From the NCBI GenBank assembly GCA_963664395.2, contig OY761159.2, positions 4,256,001 through 4,320,000 on the forward strand: a stretch of 64,000 nt of DNA, given 5' to 3'. How positions within the stretch are numbered: position 1 is the stretch's first letter; each line of letters begins with the position of its first letter. This DNA is from Candidatus Binatia bacterium. Lineage in GTDB: Bacteria; Desulfobacterota; Binatia; Bin18. This document shows positions 60,513-64,000 of this stretch, piece after piece. The notes under the pieces were generated by a model, which worked only from the letters and a program-made list of their open reading frames with translations, ran no database searches and had not been told where the DNA came from. The position numbers and the translations under genes are program-made.

Positions 60513-62375
60513 ATGGACGAGCGGTCAGAGGTCTTTGCGTCTCAGGAAACGCTTGCCGCGTGCTACCGTCGCATTGGTGTTATCAGTCTGATCGTCTTGT
60601 TTGTTTTTTGCGCTCTCGGCTTTCGCTTGTGGCAGCTCCAAATCGTTGAGGGCGCCCGCTTCCGAACTCTGTCGGAAAAGAATCGGATTCGCCTGAAGCG
60701 GCTTCCGTCCATACGAGGGCTCATGCTTGATCGAACAGGGCGTGTCGTCGTAGAGAATCGCCCGTCGTTTGATGTTGTTCTGGTCCCAGAAGATACGAAA
60801 GATCGCCTGACAACGCTCCGGACTCTGGTGTCGTATTTGCCCGAGACCGCGGGCCTTTTAGAAGGGAAGGTCCCACGTAATCCACGTCGCCCTGCGTACG
60901 AAGGCATCTTTGTAGCCCGGGATGTCTCTTGGGATACGCTGGTCGCGATTGAAGCCCATCAGCTCGACCTCCCCGGTGTCACCGTTGAGGTGAGTTCGAA
61001 ACGTTCCTATGCCGCAGGGAACTTTGCTTCACACCTATTAGGCTATGTCGGTGAAGTGAATAATACTGAAATGGCTCAATATAAGGGGTACCGGCCTGGC
61101 GACCTGGTTGGCAAGGTCGGGTTAGAGAAGGTCTGGGAAGAAGCCCTGCGTGGGTATAATGGCGGGCAACAGATCGAAGTTGATGCAACGGGAAGAAAGT
61201 TGCGCATTTTGGACGAAGTCAAGACCCAGCCCGGGTACAATTTGCGTCTGACGCTTGATCTTGAACTGCAAGAACAGGTCGAACGTGCTCTAGGAGAGGC
61301 GGAGGGAGCCGTTGTTGTCCTTGCAGTAGAAACCGGAGAAGTCCTGGCTCTGGCCAATCGCCCAGCCTTCAATCCGAATCTCTTTGCGCGTGGTATCAAA
61401 TCCAACGAATGGCGTGCGCTCGTTGAGAATCCTCTGCACCCGCTTACCAATCGGGCCCTCCGGGGCCAATATCCTCCAGGCTCCATCTTCAAGCCCATCA
61501 TGGCACTGGCGGCGCTGGAGGAGAAGATTGTTACTCCTGAGACGCAGTTCAGGTGTCAGGGGGGCCTGCCCTTTGGTGGGCGAACCTTTCACTGTTGGAA
61601 GCGGTCCGGACATGGCCTGGTAGATTTGAAAAAAGCCTTAGTCCAGTCGTGCGACGTATACTTCTATCAGATTGGACAACGTCTCGGAATACAGAAAATC
61701 GCTCAGTCCGCGCGTCGGTTTTGGTTAGGCCAAGACCTGGGTCTTGCCCTCGATGCGTCGTCAGGCGTGATCCCCGACGTCGCATGGAAACGGCGTCATT
61801 TCAACGCACCATGGTATGCCGGTGAGACGCTGTCCGTTGTGATCGGGCAAAGCTATGTTGTGACAACACCACTCCAGATGGCTGTTGCGACTGCAGCCAT
61901 AGCAAACGGAGGAGTCGTCTATCGCCCCTTATTCGTCAAACAAGTTATAGGCGTTGATGGAGAGCCTATTCAGACCTTTGCCCCAGAGATTATTACACGA
62001 GCCAACTTCTCTGAAGAGCATCTCCGAATTGTTCGAGACAGTATGCGAGAGGTGGTGCATGGCGAGCGGGGAACGGGAAAGAAAGCCTTCCTGCCTCATA
62101 TTGAAGTAGCCGGTAAGACGGGAACCTCTCAGGTGGTGAGTGGTATACGGGGTAAAGATGAATATGTTCCCCGCCGCCACCGCGATCATGCCTGGTTTAT
62201 AGCATTCGCACCGGCACAGGCCCCTGAGATTGCTGTCGCGTGTCTGCTTGAACATGCCGGCCGGGGGGGTGGCGCCGTTGCTGCGCCTGTTGTTCGTCAG
62301 ATTTTGGAGGCATATTTTCACATCTCTGAGCAACGGAATCTGGAAAATGATGGGATTCGACAGACGCCTAGTTGA
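60513..62375 (+). CDS. mrdA: Penicillin-binding protein 2
   Basis: YPPGSIFK, SCD, KTGTSQ. Confidence 0.95.
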   Translation: MDERSEVFASQETLAACYRRIGVISLIVLFVFCALGFRLWQLQIVEGARFRTLSEKNRIRLKRLPSIRGLMLDRTGRVVVENRPSFDVVLVPEDTKDRLTTLRTLVSYLPETAGLLEGKVPRNPRRPAYEGIFVARDVSWDTLVAIEAHQLDLPGVTVEVSSKRSYAAGNFASHLLGYVGEVNNTEMAQYKGYRPGDLVGKVGLEKVWEEALRGYNGGQQIEVDATGRKLRILDEVKTQPGYNLRLTLDLELQEQVERALGEAEGAVVVLAVETGEVLALANRPAFNPNLFARGIKSNEWRALVENPLHPLTNRALRGQYPPGSIFKPIMALAALEEKIVTPETQFRCQGGLPFGGRTFHCWKRSGHGLVDLKKALVQSCDVYFYQIGQRLGIQKIAQSARRFWLGQDLGLALDASSGVIPDVAWKRRHFNAPWYAGETLSVVIGQSYVVTTPLQMAVATAAIANGGVVYRPLFVKQVIGVDGEPIQTFAPEIITRANFSEEHLRIVRDSMREVVHGERGTGKKAFLPHIEVAGKTGTSQVVSGIRGKDEYVPRRHRDHAWFIAFAPAQAPEIAVACLLEHAGRGGGAVAAPVVRQILEAYFHISEQRNLENDGIRQTPS

Positions 62376-63450
62376 GCATTTTGACTGGCTATTATTTTGC
62401 CTGACAGTCGGGCTGCTGTGTATTGGCCTGCTTGGAATCTACAGCGCAACGTATGAAGGGCCATCGCAGGCTAGTCCGCAGTTGATCCGTCAGCTCATCT
62501 GGGTCGCGGTGGGCTTTTGCGGGATGGGTCTCGCGTTTGCCATTGACTATCGTCGGCTTGAGCGCTGGGCCTATCTCTTGTACGGGGCGGGGCTGGGTCT
62601 GCTCATTTTAGTGCCGCTCATTGGCTCCTTTGGTGGAGGAGCACGCCGCTGGATCCATATTGGGGTGTTTTCTCTCCAGCCGTCTGAATTCATGAAAATT
62701 GGCCTGCTCCTCGTGCTGGCCCGGTTGTATCACCGCTCTGTCCCGACTGAGGGGTACGGCATCAGAGAGATTCTCGTTCCAGCCGTATTTGTGGCCCTGC
62801 CGGCGATATTCATCCTCTGGCAGCCGAATCTTGGGACGGCTATCACGCTGGGACTCCTCTTTCTCACTCTGACCTTTGCGGCGGGTCTTCGCTTACGGTC
62901 TTTGTCCATTCTTGCCCTGGTCGGCAGTGGCATCCTGCCCTTTGTCTGGACCTATCTCAAACCCTACCAGCAGCAACGAGTCCTGTCGTTCTTGTATCCG
63001 GACGTTGATCCACTCGGCGCAGGCTATCATATGATTCAATCAAAGGTGACGGTTGGATCAGGGATGTTCTGGGGCAAAGGGTTCCTGTTGGGGACGCAGA
63101 ATCGTCTCGACTTTCTCCCTGAAAAGCATACGGACTTTGTCTTTGCCGTATTCGCTGAAGAGTGGGGATTTGTGGGGGCGCTTGGATTGTTAGTATTGTA
63201 CTTCCTCCTGCTGGCGCGTCTGCTCGTCATTGCCCTACGGGCGCGTGAACGGTTCGGTTTGCTCCTCACCGTTGGGGTCGCTGGGATCGTATTCTGGCAG
63301 CTCGTGATCAATATCGGGATGAATGTTGGAGTGCTACCTGTTGTAGGAGTTCCCTTGCCTCTCTTGAGCTACGGGGGCTCCTCTCTGCTCACCACGATGG
63401 TAGCGATCGGTCTGGCGCTCAATGTGAGCACCAGACGTTTCTTATTTTGA
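62347..63450 (+). CDS. rodA: Rod shape-determining protein RodA
   Basis: LQPSEFMK, FLPEKHTDF, SYGGSS. Confidence 0.95.
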   Translation: MMGFDRRLVEHFDWLLFCLTVGLLCIGLLGIYSATYEGPSQASPQLIRQLIWVAVGFCGMGLAFAIDYRRLERWAYLLYGAGLGLLILVPLIGSFGGGARRWIHIGVFSLQPSEFMKIGLLLVLARLYHRSVPTEGYGIREILVPAVFVALPAIFILWQPNLGTAITLGLLFLTLTFAAGLRLRSLSILALVGSGILPFVWTYLKPYQQQRVLSFLYPDVDPLGAGYHMIQSKVTVGSGMFWGKGFLLGTQNRLDFLPEKHTDFVFAVFAEEWGFVGALGLLVLYFLLLARLLVIALRARERFGLLLTVGVAGIVFWQLVINIGMNVGVLPVVGVPLPLLSYGGSSLLTTMVAIGLALNVSTRRFLF

Positions 63451-63466
63451 ACGCCGGCCGGCTGTA

Positions 63467-63790
63467 TCAGACGATGTCGTCAATGGCTTTCACCAACTGA
63501 GCTTTAGGAACAGCGCCTACAATTTGCTGCTTGACCTCGCCACCCTTGAACAAAATAAGATTAGGAATGCCACGAACCCCGTACTGTGCCGGTGTCTGAG
63601 GATTGTCGTCAACATTCATTTTTACAATTTTGAGCTTGCCATCATACTCGCTGGCGAGTTCCTCAACAATCGGAGCAATAGCCCGACAGGGGCCACACCA
63701 CGGCGCCCAAAAATCGATCAGAACCGGGATGGCTGCCTTCAGGACGTCGCCGTCAAAACTGGAATCCGAAACCTGCTGAATATCGGCCAT
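63467..63790 (-). CDS. trxA: Thioredoxin
   Basis: [10 protein letters not shown]. Confidence 0.95.
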   Translation of the reverse strand: MADIQQVSDSSFDGDVLKAAIPVLIDFWAPWCGPCRAIAPIVEELASEYDGKLKIVKMNVDDNPQTPAQYGVRGIPNLILFKGGEVKQQIVGAVPKAQLVKAIDDIV

Positions 63791-63892
63791 AGCCTGCCTC
63801 CTCACAACAAAATTTTTTCTTCTCATAGCAGACACAAGCGGGTGAACCTATACCCTTGACACCGGACGAGAGGCAATTTACGGGAAGGATCT

Positions 63893-64000
63893 ATGCAGGT
63901 GCTTGTTACTGGTGCGTCTGGTTTTGTTGGTGGGGCTGTCGCTCGTGCACTTGTTCAGTCCGGCTTACACGTCCGCGTCTTCATGCGTCAGGGGGCAGAT
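63893..64000 (+). CDS. NAD-dependent epimerase/dehydratase (HpnA/DFR-like), 3'-truncated by window edge
   Basis: MQVLVTGASGFVGGAVARAL after AAGGA RBS. Confidence 0.65.
   Translation, partial: MQVLVTGASGFVGGAVARALVQSGLHVRVFMRQGAD

Overview
Bacterial window of moderately high GC with a deltaproteobacterial-type gene order. The F420-type LLM and CaiB paralogs plus a CuMMO fit Ca. Binatota/Binatia, but this placement is inference only. 1-23.5 kb is housekeeping: rho, rpsB-tsf-pyrH-frr-uppS-cdsA-rseP (no dxr), tsaB, mdh-sucCD, ndk-rlmN-mtnP, sugar-nucleotide genes, lepAB and an orphan gspE. An IS5/IS427-type element follows, then an accessory catabolic region (lactonase, LLMs, four CoA-transferases). 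The main result is a ~15.5 kb locus at 33.9-49.4 kb built around a divergent copper membrane monooxygenase. Its order is DUF1302, DUF1329 x2, gldA, esterase, pmoD-like, xmoC, xmoA, small extra ORF, xmoB, pmoD-like, two-domain multicopper oxidase, cupredoxin and a lanthanide-type PQQ alcohol dehydrogenase. The CuMMO keeps the CuB/CuC/CuD ligands but has lost several canonical PmoA/PmoC residues and the A189 primer site. The ORF track misses or truncates four features: a selenocysteine BCP/PrxQ peroxiredoxin with a SECIS-like hairpin, a relic of a Ni/Co transporter before larC, a poly-G tract frameshift in a TusA-domain gene, and an ATC start. The window ends with ppiD, mreBCD-mrdA-rodA and trxA. 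All assignments are by eye from motifs; no database searches were run.
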